Positions 9,192 to 18,982 of a stretch of DNA of 64,000 nucleotides are shown in pieces. Where the stretch lies: positions 155,476 through 219,475 of IMG/VR virus record IMGVR_UViG_3300042540_001822; one strand, 5' to 3'. Made by a program: the position numbers and the translations under genes. Each line of letters opens with the position of its first letter. Position 1 is the stretch's first letter. The notes under the pieces are model-generated. The model saw nothing but the letters and a program-made list of their open reading frames with translations, ran no database searches and was not told the origin of the DNA.

Positions 9192-9814
9192 TTTGTATAA
9201 ATTTTAAATTTAGATAAGTTGGGGTATGGAAGCTCCAAATCAGCGTTATGCTTTTTGCTACCATCGGTGTTGTAAAATTGATTCATTAACAACAAGCCCC
9301 TCGTTGCAAGTTCGGGCATCATATAGAAATTCCATCCGAGCATATCAAAATGATCATCGTGATAACTGCACTCTCTCCTACCGCTATACCTTGCTCTTTT
9401 AAACCACAAATAAGCCTGATGATCATCGGTAAGTATTGCTCCTCCCTTGGATAACTTAAAATGCTTGTACGGACCTGTAAACGATATGCACATATGGGTA
9501 TTGGGAAGATACATATCAGCCGTAAACCTTAAAGCACTATCCCAAACCCGGCTCGGTTTGAGTTGGTATGCGCCCTTCAATGTCGTTCCTTCAACTTCTT
9601 CAAAATCCACCCTTGCCCCTGCGTGGATGATTTCGCAAGGCACGGATGGGTATGTTCGTTCCGGGATAGTAATTGTTGTGCCTCCAACTTTCTCGTACAT
9701 CAATGCTAAAAACAGTCCATTGGATTGGTTGTCTAAGCACACTGCATAAGGAGCGCCGGTGTAGTCCGCAAGGCGTTTTTCAAATTCGTTGGTAATGTCA
9801 TAAACAGTTTTCAT
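9188..9814 (-). CDS. Short DegT/DnrJ/EryC1/StrS aminotransferase
   Basis: FEKRLADYTGAPYAV, WDSA, SFTGPYK, GGAILTDD, GWNFYM; only 208 aa. Confidence 0.8.
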   Translation of the reverse strand: MKTVYDITNEFEKRLADYTGAPYAVCLDNQSNGLFLALMYEKVGGTTITIPERTYPSVPCEIIHAGARVDFEEVEGTTLKGAYQLKPSRVWDSALRFTADMYLPNTHMCISFTGPYKHFKLSKGGAILTDDHQAYLWFKRARYSGRRECSYHDDHFDMLGWNFYMMPELATRGLLLMNQFYNTDGSKKHNADLELPYPNLSKFKIYTK

Positions 9815-9849
9815 CCAGATAATTTTTTTTCTTCTTGGTGAATAAAATT

Positions 9850-10491
9850 TTAAATTTTGATTTTTTTTAAATAACCATTAGGGTTGAAAGTAACATTGTA
9901 ACCATAAAAATCACACCATTTTCTATCTATTTCGAATTGTGGATTTTGGGGCAAAAATTCTCCTATTGCTCTAAGAGGACCTCCGTCATAGTTTTTTTCG
10001 ATGCCCATCCAATTCACAGTTCCATCTTCAACGATCATATAGGAATCTTCGCTGATTAAATCTTTGAATTTATTCATCACAGACAAAACATCGTTATATT
10101 TGTGTGACCCGTCTTCAATCAACATAATTTTTTCAAATGAGGATGCATAATCCAAGTTGTATTCTTGATAACCTCCCAAGAATCTCTGAATTCTTGGATG
10201 TCGATTAATCAAACCCCTCTTTTCTTCGGAATTTGATAAAAAAGTTTCATCCTGAATATCCACAGTATGAACCATACCTTTACCTATATTATTTAAAATA
10301 TCACCCAAATACAGGCAGGATCCTCCATAATTAGTCCCTATCTCTATTATCAAATCGGGTTTTATTTCATTAATTATCATTTGATACATTACGTAATCAA
10401 ATGGGGATTTTTCAGTTATGATTCCTCTATATAAAGTTTTTAGATGTCCATCCATGATACCATCTAAATTTAAGTTGTATGAATTGTTCAT
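9850..10491 (-). CDS. Cephalosporin hydroxylase (CmcI)-like methyltransferase
   Basis: KSPFDYVMYQMII, KPDLIIEIGTNYGGS, IEDGSH, YMIVED. Confidence 0.85.
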   Translation of the reverse strand: MNNSYNLNLDGIMDGHLKTLYRGIITEKSPFDYVMYQMIINEIKPDLIIEIGTNYGGSCLYLGDILNNIGKGMVHTVDIQDETFLSNSEEKRGLINRHPRIQRFLGGYQEYNLDYASSFEKIMLIEDGSHKYNDVLSVMNKFKDLISEDSYMIVEDGTVNWMGIEKNYDGGPLRAIGEFLPQNPQFEIDRKWCDFYGYNVTFNPNGYLKKIKI

Positions 10492-10500
10492 TTTTTTATT

Positions 10501-10905
10501 TTAAAGATCCACTCTCATAGTATTGCACTCCCTGAAAAATCCACATCTTTCATAGAAATTTATTCTCTCATCAAAACAGGATAGAATAACCTTATAACAT
10601 CCAAGATATCTTGCTTTTTCCAATGCTTTTTGAACTAATAAATAACCAATTTTATTACCTCTAAATTTTTCTTTTACTGCTACATCCTCAATATACCCAG
10701 CTATTCCCCCGTTCCTTATTAATTTTTTTTGAATATGAAGGGTAATTGTTCCTATAATTTCTTCCCCTTCAACCGCTACAAAGTTATGATTGTTAAGCAT
10801 CCACTGGTCTAAATTGTGAATTTCAATTTCTGTAATCCACCATGTTTCACTAAGGACTTTCAATAAACCTAGTTCATCTCCTTTTTGAAATTCTCGAATA
10901 ATCAT
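10501..10905 (-). CDS. GNAT acetyltransferase (glucosamine-6-P N-acetyltransferase-like)
   Basis: GYIEDVAVKEKFRGNKIG, GCYKVILSC, FYERCGF. Confidence 0.9.
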   Translation of the reverse strand: MIIREFQKGDELGLLKVLSETWWITEIEIHNLDQWMLNNHNFVAVEGEEIIGTITLHIQKKLIRNGGIAGYIEDVAVKEKFRGNKIGYLLVQKALEKARYLGCYKVILSCFDERINFYERCGFFRECNTMRVDL

Positions 10906-10910
10906 GATAT

Positions 10911-12071
10911 TTATTTTTGAGATTCTAAAACTCGATCAATTACAAATTCAATTTCTTCGTCTCTTAAATAAAGATGCAAAGGAAGACTGATGATTTTTTC
11001 GCTTGAAATTAAAGAATTGGGGTTTAGCCCAAATTGAGATTTATACATCTCATAATTAGTATTGTCTCTATAATGAACCCCGGGATAGATTCCGTTCATA
11101 TTCAAGTATTCCATAGTTTTATTTCTTTCCTCTACAATTATTTGGTACAAATGTCTGGAAGAGATTTCCGTATAAGGAGAAACTTTAACTGATTTAATGC
11201 CAGATGATTCAAAAGCAGTTTCATAAATTTTGCAGATCTCCCTCCTTCTTTCATTATCTTCTTCCAAATATTTGAGACCTACCAAAGCCATAGAAGCCAT
11301 CATAGAATTTCCATGGTATTTAAATCCGACATCTACCAGATCATATTCCCATTTATAACTCCCTTTATCATGGGATCTCTGGTAAGTGTCTTTTGAAATT
11401 CCAAGCCAAGATAATTTTCTAGCTAAAGCGTCGTAATCCTCGTTTTTAAAACAGATCATTCCTGAATCAGCGGTAGGGAGGTTTTTAACAGCCTGAAAAC
11501 TAAAAATGGAAACATCAGCATCTAAACCAACATGGTCTTTCGAGTATCCAACCCCAATCTCTGTTTTGTTTTTGACCCAGGTTCCGGCCATATGTGCGGC
11601 GTCTAAAATAATTTTTAGGCCTTTTTTTTTGCAAAGTTTTACTATTTCATCAAACCTACCGGCATTACCACCAATACCAACAAATAAAACAGCTTTGGTT
11701 TTTTTAGTAATTTTTGATTCAACTGACTTAGGATCTAAGCAAAGAAATTCATCCACGTCCGCAAAAATTGGTTTCAACCTTTCGTACAAAATCGCATGAT
11801 TCGAAGAAACGAAAGTTAGAGGAGACGTGATAACCTCATCTCCATCTTTCCATTTATTTGCATCTTTCAAAATTTTCAAGGCAAGATGTAAACCTGATGT
11901 GTTAGAATTTATAAAATGCGAATGGTTGAATCCAGTGTACTTTTTCCATTCTTCTTCAATCTGCTGAGTTTTAAAACCTAAACCAGTCCAGCCCATTTCC
12001 ATACATTCCTCCATTATTTCGAAAATTTCGGAAGTTCTAAATTTAGGTTTAAATAATTGAATATTTTTCAC
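10911..12071 (-). CDS. DegT/DnrJ/EryC1/StrS sugar aminotransferase
   Basis: NSNTSGLHLAL, DAAH, FSFQAVKNL (PLP Lys), GFKYH, SLPLH. Confidence 0.93.
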   Translation of the reverse strand: MKNIQLFKPKFRTSEIFEIMEECMEMGWTGLGFKTQQIEEEWKKYTGFNHSHFINSNTSGLHLALKILKDANKWKDGDEVITSPLTFVSSNHAILYERLKPIFADVDEFLCLDPKSVESKITKKTKAVLFVGIGGNAGRFDEIVKLCKKKGLKIILDAAHMAGTWVKNKTEIGVGYSKDHVGLDADVSIFSFQAVKNLPTADSGMICFKNEDYDALARKLSWLGISKDTYQRSHDKGSYKWEYDLVDVGFKYHGNSMMASMALVGLKYLEEDNERRREICKIYETAFESSGIKSVKVSPYTEISSRHLYQIIVEERNKTMEYLNMNGIYPGVHYRDNTNYEMYKSQFGLNPNSLISSEKIISLPLHLYLRDEEIEFVIDRVLESQK

Positions 12072-13174
12072 AACAAATAATAATTTTTTACTAGAGCATA
12101 CTTAGACAAGTTTTCTCTTTTAATTTTTATAGAATCTGTGAATTGACATGTTTCATCTCCTATATTCTGTAATTTTTTTGTAAAAACTACAGAATCCCCA
12201 TCTACAAACAAATCATTCAATTTTTCTTTGTACCAAGTTCCTTTTCTCAAAATAATTTCTCGTTTATAAAATAATTCGCCATTTTCATTTTCAATCTGAA
12301 TTTCGAATTTTATTTCTTCCCCGAAAAAACCGTAGTCTACTTCCAAAAGCAATGAACATTCACTAAGATCTTCTTTCCAAAATATCGAAGAAGTTGTTTG
12401 GGAATGTAAAGAACTAGGTCCTGGTTGTATAACTGAACTTTTTAAGTTCCAATTCCCAATTCCAAAAAAATTATCTAATTCTTCATAATTGCAAATTAAA
12501 TTGTCGTCTTGAACAAAAAGTTGTAAAATTACATCTTCACCAGAGCAATTAGGAAAATGTTTTTGATAAACTGAATTATCAGAAAAATCTATATTTGGAA
12601 TTCTGTTTATTAAAATTTCATCAACGCTGAATCCGAAAAAGAATCCAGAAAACCAACTGCTAAAATTTGGGCTATTTCTAATAAAGAAATTCCTTTTTTT
12701 TCCTAGGTCATTAAAAACCTGATTAAATTTTTCTAGGATATTATCTGGGCATTTAAAATCACCTACAAAATAAAAAGAAAAATCATAACCTTTAGAATGA
12801 ACAAATTTTATAGAGTTAAAAAATTGGGACATAATAGCAACAGACCAACCAGTGATTACTACATAATCTCTAAACATCTCGTTTCCAATAGTCATAAATT
12901 TCATATAAATTGGATTCGATATACCTTGTAAATTGTAATTTAAAATGTCGGAATCAAGGAAATGGTAATTGTTTTTCTTTTCAAAAATAAAATAAGTCGA
13001 GTTTTCAATTATTTCTGGAGTACACGGGTGATGGCTGGTAAGTAAAACATCTATGTTATTTAATTTGAATTTTTTTAAGTTCTCTAATAGAATTTTCTGT
13101 TCATCTTCTGTTTGAGGATAAGCATCAATAATAACACAAAATTTTTTTTCTGTGTAATTTTTTTTGGAGTCCAT
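12068..13174 (-). CDS. Hypothetical protein, putative GT-like; paralog of 18983-19915
   Basis: N-terminus (AYP..ILLENLKK..VLLTSHHP..YFIFEKKN) similar to 18983 ORF. Confidence 0.55.
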   Translation of the reverse strand: MDSKKNYTEKKFCVIIDAYPQTEDEQKILLENLKKFKLNNIDVLLTSHHPCTPEIIENSTYFIFEKKNNYHFLDSDILNYNLQGISNPIYMKFMTIGNEMFRDYVVITGWSVAIMSQFFNSIKFVHSKGYDFSFYFVGDFKCPDNILEKFNQVFNDLGKKRNFFIRNSPNFSSWFSGFFFGFSVDEILINRIPNIDFSDNSVYQKHFPNCSGEDVILQLFVQDDNLICNYEELDNFFGIGNWNLKSSVIQPGPSSLHSQTTSSIFWKEDLSECSLLLEVDYGFFGEEIKFEIQIENENGELFYKREIILRKGTWYKEKLNDLFVDGDSVVFTKKLQNIGDETCQFTDSIKIKRENLSKYALVKNYYLL

Positions 13175-13208
13175 TCTTTAAAAAATATTTAATTTTTCTT
13201 CCAAATTA

Positions 13209-14123
13209 TCAATTTTTCCAAGCCCATATCATGTTTCCAGTGTGGTGTGTTTGGAATCCATTTTCTGAAAAGATAAGCAACAATTGATCCGGAGGATGAA
13301 TATGATATTCTAAAACTATCTTTGGTATAGACTTTAAAAATTCAGAGCTTAAGTAAGGCAAAATTTCCCATTCACATCCTTCACAGTCGATTTTCAAAAA
13401 ATCTATTTTTACTCCAGATTCTCTAGCCCATTCTTCCAGAACAACTCCTTGGCAAGAAACACTTTCATCAGTATGATCAAACGAAAAAGAAACTGAATTC
13501 AAAACACTAAAGTCATGTATGTTTAATCTTAAATCTTTTTTTTCAGACCACACGGCTGAATTGTTAACATGAATTGGTAAATCCCCAAAATTTGTTTGTA
13601 TAAAGTTTGATAATTTGGGATCTGGTTCAAAAGAGTGAACTTTAGAAGCACCTTGTGTAATTGAAAAATAAGTGAATAAACCAATATTAGCCCCAATATC
13701 AACAACAACATCTCCAGGTTCTACTTTACAACGATCGTGGTTATATTCACCGTTAAGAAAAATCTCCCAAAGTACCAATCCGGTTGATAAGTCTTTTTTT
13801 GAAAGATTACTCCCTATATTTTTCAACTTGTTTTTTTGGTCTAAATTTCTTACATCATGTTGAAAAACATCCGAGTAATCACAAACTTGAAGTAGGATTT
13901 CTTCAGTTTTAGAATCTTCCACTACAAAAGTCATTAATTTTGTAATTCTACCGTCATAAGATGCCCAGTAGGAACATTTTGGAAGGACTTTCATTGTTTC
14001 CCCCCTGAAAATTAAACTAGTATATGAATCAATGAACTTAATTACAATTTCTTTTTCTTCATCAAAATGACTTGTAAAATCTATTCCGTTTCTATCTGGT
14101 AAAATGTGATTCAATGAGATCAT
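13209..14123 (-). CDS. FkbM family methyltransferase with N-terminal extension
   Basis: VVVDIGANIGLF, HSFEP, DFLKIDCEGCE, LEYH. Confidence 0.9.
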   Translation of the reverse strand: MISLNHILPDRNGIDFTSHFDEEKEIVIKFIDSYTSLIFRGETMKVLPKCSYWASYDGRITKLMTFVVEDSKTEEILLQVCDYSDVFQHDVRNLDQKNKLKNIGSNLSKKDLSTGLVLWEIFLNGEYNHDRCKVEPGDVVVDIGANIGLFTYFSITQGASKVHSFEPDPKLSNFIQTNFGDLPIHVNNSAVWSEKKDLRLNIHDFSVLNSVSFSFDHTDESVSCQGVVLEEWARESGVKIDFLKIDCEGCEWEILPYLSSEFLKSIPKIVLEYHIHPPDQLLLIFSENGFQTHHTGNMIWAWKN

Positions 14124-14129
14124 AATTTA

Positions 14130-14906
14130 TTATTTGTTGTTTTGTTTAAGAACTTCTTTTTCTTTATTGAAGCAATGTAAAGAAGTGATGTGCATGGTAA
14201 AAAGTCCAGGTTTTACATTTTCCCAAGATTCGGGACTTCTCTCTTTCAATTTTTCTAGAACCCAAAAAACTTTGCGGCAAGCCATGTAAATATCGTCCCT
14301 GAAATGGCGGAGGTAGTCGCAAGACCTTATGTAATACACGATGTGTAAATAATCTGCTCTTCTCATAAAATGATAACCGATTGTACAAGGAACTCGTTCA
14401 CCGTGAACAGAACCAGTGTCTTCAGGGAACCACAAAGGAAGAAATGCCTGCCTTGTAAAAGGTTCTCTTTGTAGCAAATCGATCACATCCCCAAAGTCAC
14501 CATAATGGTACCTGATACCAAACATGGTAGATTTGGGTTCTTCCGATGCAAATTTAGGCCAGAGCCTTTCGGGATAAGTGTGAGAAAATTTCTCCTCGAT
14601 TTTAAACTGGGCGTTCTTCTTTTGGTTGAAAGGCCACCATTCGTTCGAAGGTGGTGGATTTAAAGGTTGGCCCCCTATTCTTTCTTCAAAATGATCGTCC
14701 GCCCAGGGAAGATTAGGTCTGACCTCCTCGCGTAGCTCCTGAAGTGTACCTGGCACAAACATAGAGAAAGATGTATTTAAAGTTTCCCACATGTCGTCGG
14801 GAGAAGTTATACCCTGCCATCTCTCGGTCTGTACAACATATCCATAGTCGATCAATTTTTCCTTAGCCCACTTGATGGCTTGTGAGGGCTTTTGAAATGT
14901 TTTCAA
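14130..14906 (-). CDS. Thymidylate synthase homologue, dCMP hydroxymethylase-like (Asp-type)
   Basis: PCT catalytic Cys, YYIRSCDYLRHFRDD, MHITSLHCF. Confidence 0.75.
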   Translation of the reverse strand: MKTFQKPSQAIKWAKEKLIDYGYVVQTERWQGITSPDDMWETLNTSFSMFVPGTLQELREEVRPNLPWADDHFEERIGGQPLNPPPSNEWWPFNQKKNAQFKIEEKFSHTYPERLWPKFASEEPKSTMFGIRYHYGDFGDVIDLLQREPFTRQAFLPLWFPEDTGSVHGERVPCTIGYHFMRRADYLHIVYYIRSCDYLRHFRDDIYMACRKVFWVLEKLKERSPESWENVKPGLFTMHITSLHCFNKEKEVLKQNNK

Positions 14907-14925
14907 TTGAAATAAATTTTGAAAA

Positions 14926-14952
14926 TTATACAGATCAGAAACTATAAGTTTC
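14926..14952 (-). promoter_or_regulatory. Putative class II promoter
   Basis: GAAAC-N16-GTATAA upstream of TS-like gene. Confidence 0.45.
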
Positions 14953-14980
14953 TGTTTGATTTTATTTTATCTCAAAAATT

Positions 14981-15613
14981 TTATTGGTTCAACCAAAAAA
15001 ATAATTCTTCATTACCAATCAAATTTAAATCCCTAACTCTATTTTTTTGAAAAACTTTATATTCGAAATATGGGTTGTCAAAGGGAACGAGCTCTTGTCT
15101 TCCTCTTTTAATAAGACCAACTCCCTCATCGATATTAAGAGTACAAATATTTAAGTCAGATCTAGTTGCCTTTAATTTATAAATCGTTTTCCAAACCGTT
15201 CCGTTCCATGGCTGTCCCCAATTATCCTCAACTAATCTGGTATAATTTTCTTCATACATAAATGGGTCACAATCATGCAAAACAATAACACCATTTTCTG
15301 ATAAGTGATTCAAAGAATTCAATATGTCTTTTTCCACCTGATAAGAAAGATGTAATCCATCAATAAAAATTAGGTCCCACTTATAATCAGGAGGTAAATC
15401 CAACAAATTATTTTCTAGCCTAATAAAGAATTCATCCGATGTGTATTGGTATTTAACTGGATTTTCCTGGTACTCTAAACCTGGATCTACCCCGGATTTT
15501 TCTGGACATTGAATTAAATCGAAACAATCCCACGGGAATCTAACTCCTATTTCTAAATAGGTATTAAAATTTTTTGTTTGAATGATTTGGTTGATTACTT
15601 CAGATCTGTGCAT
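14981..15613 (-). CDS. Class I SAM methyltransferase (Methyltransf_24-like)
   Basis: YLEIGV, DLIFIDGLH, IVLHDC, WNGTVWK; start MHRSEV. Confidence 0.85.
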   Translation of the reverse strand: MHRSEVINQIIQTKNFNTYLEIGVRFPWDCFDLIQCPEKSGVDPGLEYQENPVKYQYTSDEFFIRLENNLLDLPPDYKWDLIFIDGLHLSYQVEKDILNSLNHLSENGVIVLHDCDPFMYEENYTRLVEDNWGQPWNGTVWKTIYKLKATRSDLNICTLNIDEGVGLIKRGRQELVPFDNPYFEYKVFQKNRVRDLNLIGNEELFFWLNQ

Positions 15614-15634
15614 GAATATAAACTTGTTTACCAA

Positions 15635-15661
15635 TTGTACTGAATTGATAATTAAAGTTTC
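15635..15661 (-). promoter_or_regulatory. Putative class II promoter
   Basis: GAAAC-N16-GTACAA. Confidence 0.4.
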
Positions 15662-15697
15662 TTGGATACAAAAAATAGCAGGATTTAATCCTATAAA

Positions 15698-16108
15698 TTA
15701 TCTATTCTTACTGCTCATTTTCCGGTACAACTTGTATTCTGGTGTTTCCTCAATGGAATCTAATTCGAATCTCTGGAAATTTCCGAACCTCATAGGTCCA
15801 TTTAAATTAAACCTTTTGTGTGGTTCGACTGAATCCTCGTAAAATTGACAAATTTGCTCGTGATATTCGGAATCTTTTTCAATAAAATATTCTTCTGGGT
15901 TGTGATAGTAGTCAAAAAGATACTCTGCCCATTCGGAGGGATTCTTTCCTCCTCCAAATTGTTCGACAAATTTTTCCATTTGGATTTCTTCATCCGTCAT
16001 GCTTATACCCAAATTTTGGAAACCTGAAATCAAATCATCTAGATCTGACCCAATATCATTATTTTCATTCAAAATTGAGAACACCCAAAAGGATTTTAAA
16101 TTATTCAT
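15698..16108 (-). CDS. Hypothetical protein with CTS-like N-terminus
   Basis: MNNLKSFWVFSILNEN. Confidence 0.55.
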   Translation of the reverse strand: MNNLKSFWVFSILNENNDIGSDLDDLISGFQNLGISMTDEEIQMEKFVEQFGGGKNPSEWAEYLFDYYHNPEEYFIEKDSEYHEQICQFYEDSVEPHKRFNLNGPMRFGNFQRFELDSIEETPEYKLYRKMSSKNR

Positions 16109-16115
16109 GATAAAT

Positions 16116-16123
16116 TATATATC
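16116..16123 (-). promoter_or_regulatory. GATATATA late-promoter-like motif
   Basis: Exact motif just upstream of start 16108. Confidence 0.55.
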
Positions 16124-16138
16124 CATTTTTTTGCCCAC

Positions 16139-16169
16139 AAAAAACCCGACCTGAATTGGGTCGGGTTTT
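16139..16169 (-). terminator. Intrinsic terminator
   Basis: 11-bp stem aaaacccgacc/ggtcgggtttt, 7-nt loop, U-run on minus strand. Confidence 0.75.
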
Positions 16170-16183
16170 AAGCTTGTCCGGAA

Positions 16184-16342
16184 TTACTGAACTGCCGTGG
16201 TTGAATCTACAGAGGTAGTGTCCGCAGATTCAACTACTGTAGAATCCACTGTTGTCTCCTCGGAAGGAGCAGTTTCTTCTGTTGGTGTAGCACATGAGCT
16301 CAGAATCAAAGCTGAGACAAGCAAGAAAAACAAATTTTTCAT
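16184..16342 (-). CDS. Small lipoprotein (52 aa, not in ORF track)
   Basis: MKNLFFLLVSALILSSCATPTEETAPSEETTVDSTVVESADTTSVDSTTAVQ; lipobox LSSC; GAATATATAA upstream, terminator downstream. Confidence 0.75.
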   Translation of the reverse strand: MKNLFFLLVSALILSSCATPTEETAPSEETTVDSTVVESADTTSVDSTTAVQ

Positions 16343-16412
16343 TTTTTTGGTTTTGAATTTTAAATTATATATTCATTTCGAAGAATGTTTCAATGAATTC
16401 AATATTTTTTAT

Positions 16413-16658
16413 TCAAATAGAAGAAGATCCATATTCCATTTCGAGGTAAGACATCTCTATTTCTGCTTTTTTCTGGTCATATCCAAATTCATTCTGAATT
16501 AAATTTACACCATATTGTCTCCATTCCAAAAGCGTTTCCCCCTTCAAAGGAAAATTCAAATTCCAATAGGGATCTTTATTTAAAACTTCTTGTTTCAGAT
16601 CAAGATAAATTCTGTGTCTCTCTTTTAGAGCGGCAAAAATTTTGTTTTTGTTTTTCAT
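16413..16658 (-). CDS. Hypothetical protein
   Basis: ORF in operon orientation. Confidence 0.55.
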   Translation of the reverse strand: MKNKNKIFAALKERHRIYLDLKQEVLNKDPYWNLNFPLKGETLLEWRQYGVNLIQNEFGYDQKKAEIEMSYLEMEYGSSSI

Positions 16659-16674
16659 TTAATTTTTGATTTTA

Positions 16675-17463
16675 TTAAAATTTTGAGGATTCGAGATATT
16701 GTCTTTTTCTTTCATTCAGTGTTTTTCTTCCTTCCGATAACCAATTTTCCTGTGCGTTTGAATTTTCATCTTTAGTTTCTGATGGATAAGTTAATGAATT
16801 AGGATGAACACGATAAACATAACTGGGATATTGAAGATATTCAATTTTTCCTCTTAGAGAAAGCTCAAAGTTCATCGGCCAGTCGGAATAAGGAAATTCT
16901 TCCATATATTTTTGAAATAAATCAGGATAATTCACAAAAAATCTAGAAGATGAAGTAACACAGTTGTGTTGATTAGCAATAAAATCCGAAGAAGTATATT
17001 CCTCTTTTTGTAAGTGTTCAGGAGGCCCAAAAAAATAATTTCCTGTTCTTAGAGGTTCGAATTTTTTTTCATTCTCGTTGTATATTATGTAAGCCGTGAA
17101 ACACATTGATAAATCTTTATTATTTTCCATAATTTCATACTGATTTTGGAGTTTGTTCGGATCTATCCAATAGTCATCAGCATCTAAATAAGCTATGTAA
17201 TCACCGGTTGCCTGTTCAAGTAAAAATTTTGTATTTTGTATTTCTCCGGAATTAGATCTAGAAAAATAGCGAAACGAAAATTTATGTCCTGGAAGTATAT
17301 TTTTAAAGTACTCTAAAACTTCTAAACTTTGATCCGTAGATCCATCATCCGAAACCAGAATTTCTACGGGGAAAGAAGTTTGTTGACATAAAACGGAAAA
17401 TAAACAGGTGTCCAAAAATCTACCATAATTATAATTAGGTATAATGACCGTTACTTTTTTCAT
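16675..17463 (-). CDS. Glycosyltransferase family 2
   Basis: VIIPNYNYGRFL, VSDDGSTD, YIAYLDADDYW, SDW. Confidence 0.92.
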   Translation of the reverse strand: MKKVTVIIPNYNYGRFLDTCLFSVLCQQTSFPVEILVSDDGSTDQSLEVLEYFKNILPGHKFSFRYFSRSNSGEIQNTKFLLEQATGDYIAYLDADDYWIDPNKLQNQYEIMENNKDLSMCFTAYIIYNENEKKFEPLRTGNYFFGPPEHLQKEEYTSSDFIANQHNCVTSSSRFFVNYPDLFQKYMEEFPYSDWPMNFELSLRGKIEYLQYPSYVYRVHPNSLTYPSETKDENSNAQENWLSEGRKTLNERKRQYLESSKF

Positions 17464-17473
17464 TTTTAAAAAA

Positions 17474-18154
17474 TTATTGATTTACAAAATAAAACATTGT
17501 TTGATGTTCCCCGTTATTATTTACATCCCAATAAAAAGAATGTCTAACTTTTCCTGGAATAAAAAAAGTTTCATTAAGAATAGGATCGTGTGTTTCTACT
17601 GCTATTTTATTTATTTTATTTAAAATTGATTCATCCAAGTTTTGGAATAAATCATATTCTCCACCTTCAATGTCACACTTCAAAAAGTCAATTTTTTCCA
17701 AATTGAAAATTTTGAAAACATCCTCCATTTGCAAATAAAGGGGGTTGTGTTTTGGTGACCATAAGTGTGTTGGATGTAGGGATTTTCCCAAAACAGAAGC
17801 ATTCAAATATTTTACATTGTTGTGTTCTTTTGTATTTTCTATAAGACAAGAAAAAACTTCATAACCTCCATCTATAGCTATTATTTCTTTACATTTTTTT
17901 GCTGCCAAGTGAGTAAAGAAACCAACATTTGCCCCCAAATCAACCACCACATCTTCTGGATTAAGTTTGCAATCCCACATTTCATAAATGCAATTAGTTT
18001 CAGAGAATTCCCAGCCATAAATTTCCTTGAAGAGAAATTCATAACCAAAAAAAGAATTGGAACTTAAAACAAAATCAAGATTTTGATTCCAATAATGGTT
18101 ATTCTTGTCTGAAAAAAGTTTCCAATTTTTTCCTGTCATTTTATTTATATTCAT
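17474..18154 (-). CDS. FkbM family methyltransferase
   Basis: VVVDLGANVGFF, IDFLKCDIEGGE, AVETH. Confidence 0.88.
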   Translation of the reverse strand: MNINKMTGKNWKLFSDKNNHYWNQNLDFVLSSNSFFGYEFLFKEIYGWEFSETNCIYEMWDCKLNPEDVVVDLGANVGFFTHLAAKKCKEIIAIDGGYEVFSCLIENTKEHNNVKYLNASVLGKSLHPTHLWSPKHNPLYLQMEDVFKIFNLEKIDFLKCDIEGGEYDLFQNLDESILNKINKIAVETHDPILNETFFIPGKVRHSFYWDVNNNGEHQTMFYFVNQ

Positions 18155-18580
18155 TTATTTTTGGCTATCACCTTTCGAAACCCGATAAGAATCTGACTCA
18201 ATGTGGTGAGTTGAAACTTCAAAGATTATACCCTCTGTTATTGCTTCCAGTTGATGTGGTGTTCCTGGCTTTTGTCTCACACAGTCACCTTTTTTTAAGG
18301 TTGTCTCAACTACATCTGCATTCCTGGTGTCGATGAATCTATAAATGAAAGTTCCTTCCTGAACATACCACGTTTCATCCTTAATCAAATGGTAGTGCAT
18401 AGAAAATTTGGCTCCGGCTTTGAAGCAAAGAAGTTTCCCACAATACAATTCGTTGTTTTCGAAAACAATCTCTTGCCCCCACCCTTTTGGTATATTACAA
18501 CTGGGGCATTCCAAAGCATTGTAAATATGTGAAAGGTTGATTTCAATCATTTCAATTGGAGGATTTGGCAAATAGGACAT
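18155..18580 (-). CDS. Cupin domain protein (sugar isomerase-like)
   Basis: KGWGQE, SMHYHLIKDETWYV, PGTPH, FEVST. Confidence 0.85.
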   Translation of the reverse strand: MSYLPNPPIEMIEINLSHIYNALECPSCNIPKGWGQEIVFENNELYCGKLLCFKAGAKFSMHYHLIKDETWYVQEGTFIYRFIDTRNADVVETTLKKGDCVRQKPGTPHQLEAITEGIIFEVSTHHIESDSYRVSKGDSQK

Positions 18581-18588
18581 TTTAATTC

Positions 18589-18596
18589 GATATATA
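18589..18596 (+). promoter_or_regulatory. GATATATA late-promoter-like motif
   Basis: Plus-strand copy upstream of plus-strand ORF 18661. Confidence 0.45.
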
Positions 18597-18660
18597 ATTT
18601 TATGGAATTTGAATAAAAGTTTTCGAATTTTGGTTTATATTTGTAAATAATTAATTAATA

Positions 18661-18867
18661 ATGGAAATTGATAAAATAATCAATTCGATCAAAAATCACC
18701 TGCTGAGCATCGAGCTTTCATCTGATGGGGAAGATAAAAAAAATCATTTGATTGTAATTAAGCAGGAAGTTGAAAACTTATCTGTGGAATATCAAAAATT
18801 AAAAGAAACACACGATACAATCATTTCTCAGTTGAAACAGGAAATTTCTAGATTGAATAGGCTTTGA
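18661..18867 (+). CDS. Small coiled-coil hypothetical protein
   Basis: Occupies gap on plus strand; heptad pattern. Confidence 0.5.
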   Translation: MEIDKIINSIKNHLLSIELSSDGEDKKNHLIVIKQEVENLSVEYQKLKETHDTIISQLKQEISRLNRL

Positions 18868-18889
18868 TTTCAATTATTTAAAATTTTTG

Positions 18890-18974
18890 CGGAGAGGGAG
18901 GGATTCGAACCCCCGGATCCTTGCGGATCGGCTGTTTTCAAGACAGCTCTCGTAAACCACTTGAGTACCTCTCC
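18890..18974 (-). tRNA. tRNA-Ser(UGA)
   Basis: GGAGAGG acceptor, GCTGT-CTTGAAA-ACAGC anticodon arm, long variable arm, GGTTCGAATCC T-loop; CCA not encoded. Confidence 0.95.
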
Positions 18975-18982
18975 AATTTTTA

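Noticed and set aside
14130-14906. Canonical thyA call
   Set aside because: Asp rather than Asn at the specificity position and a gp42-like FRDD/PCT context; kept as a TS homologue of uncertain substrate
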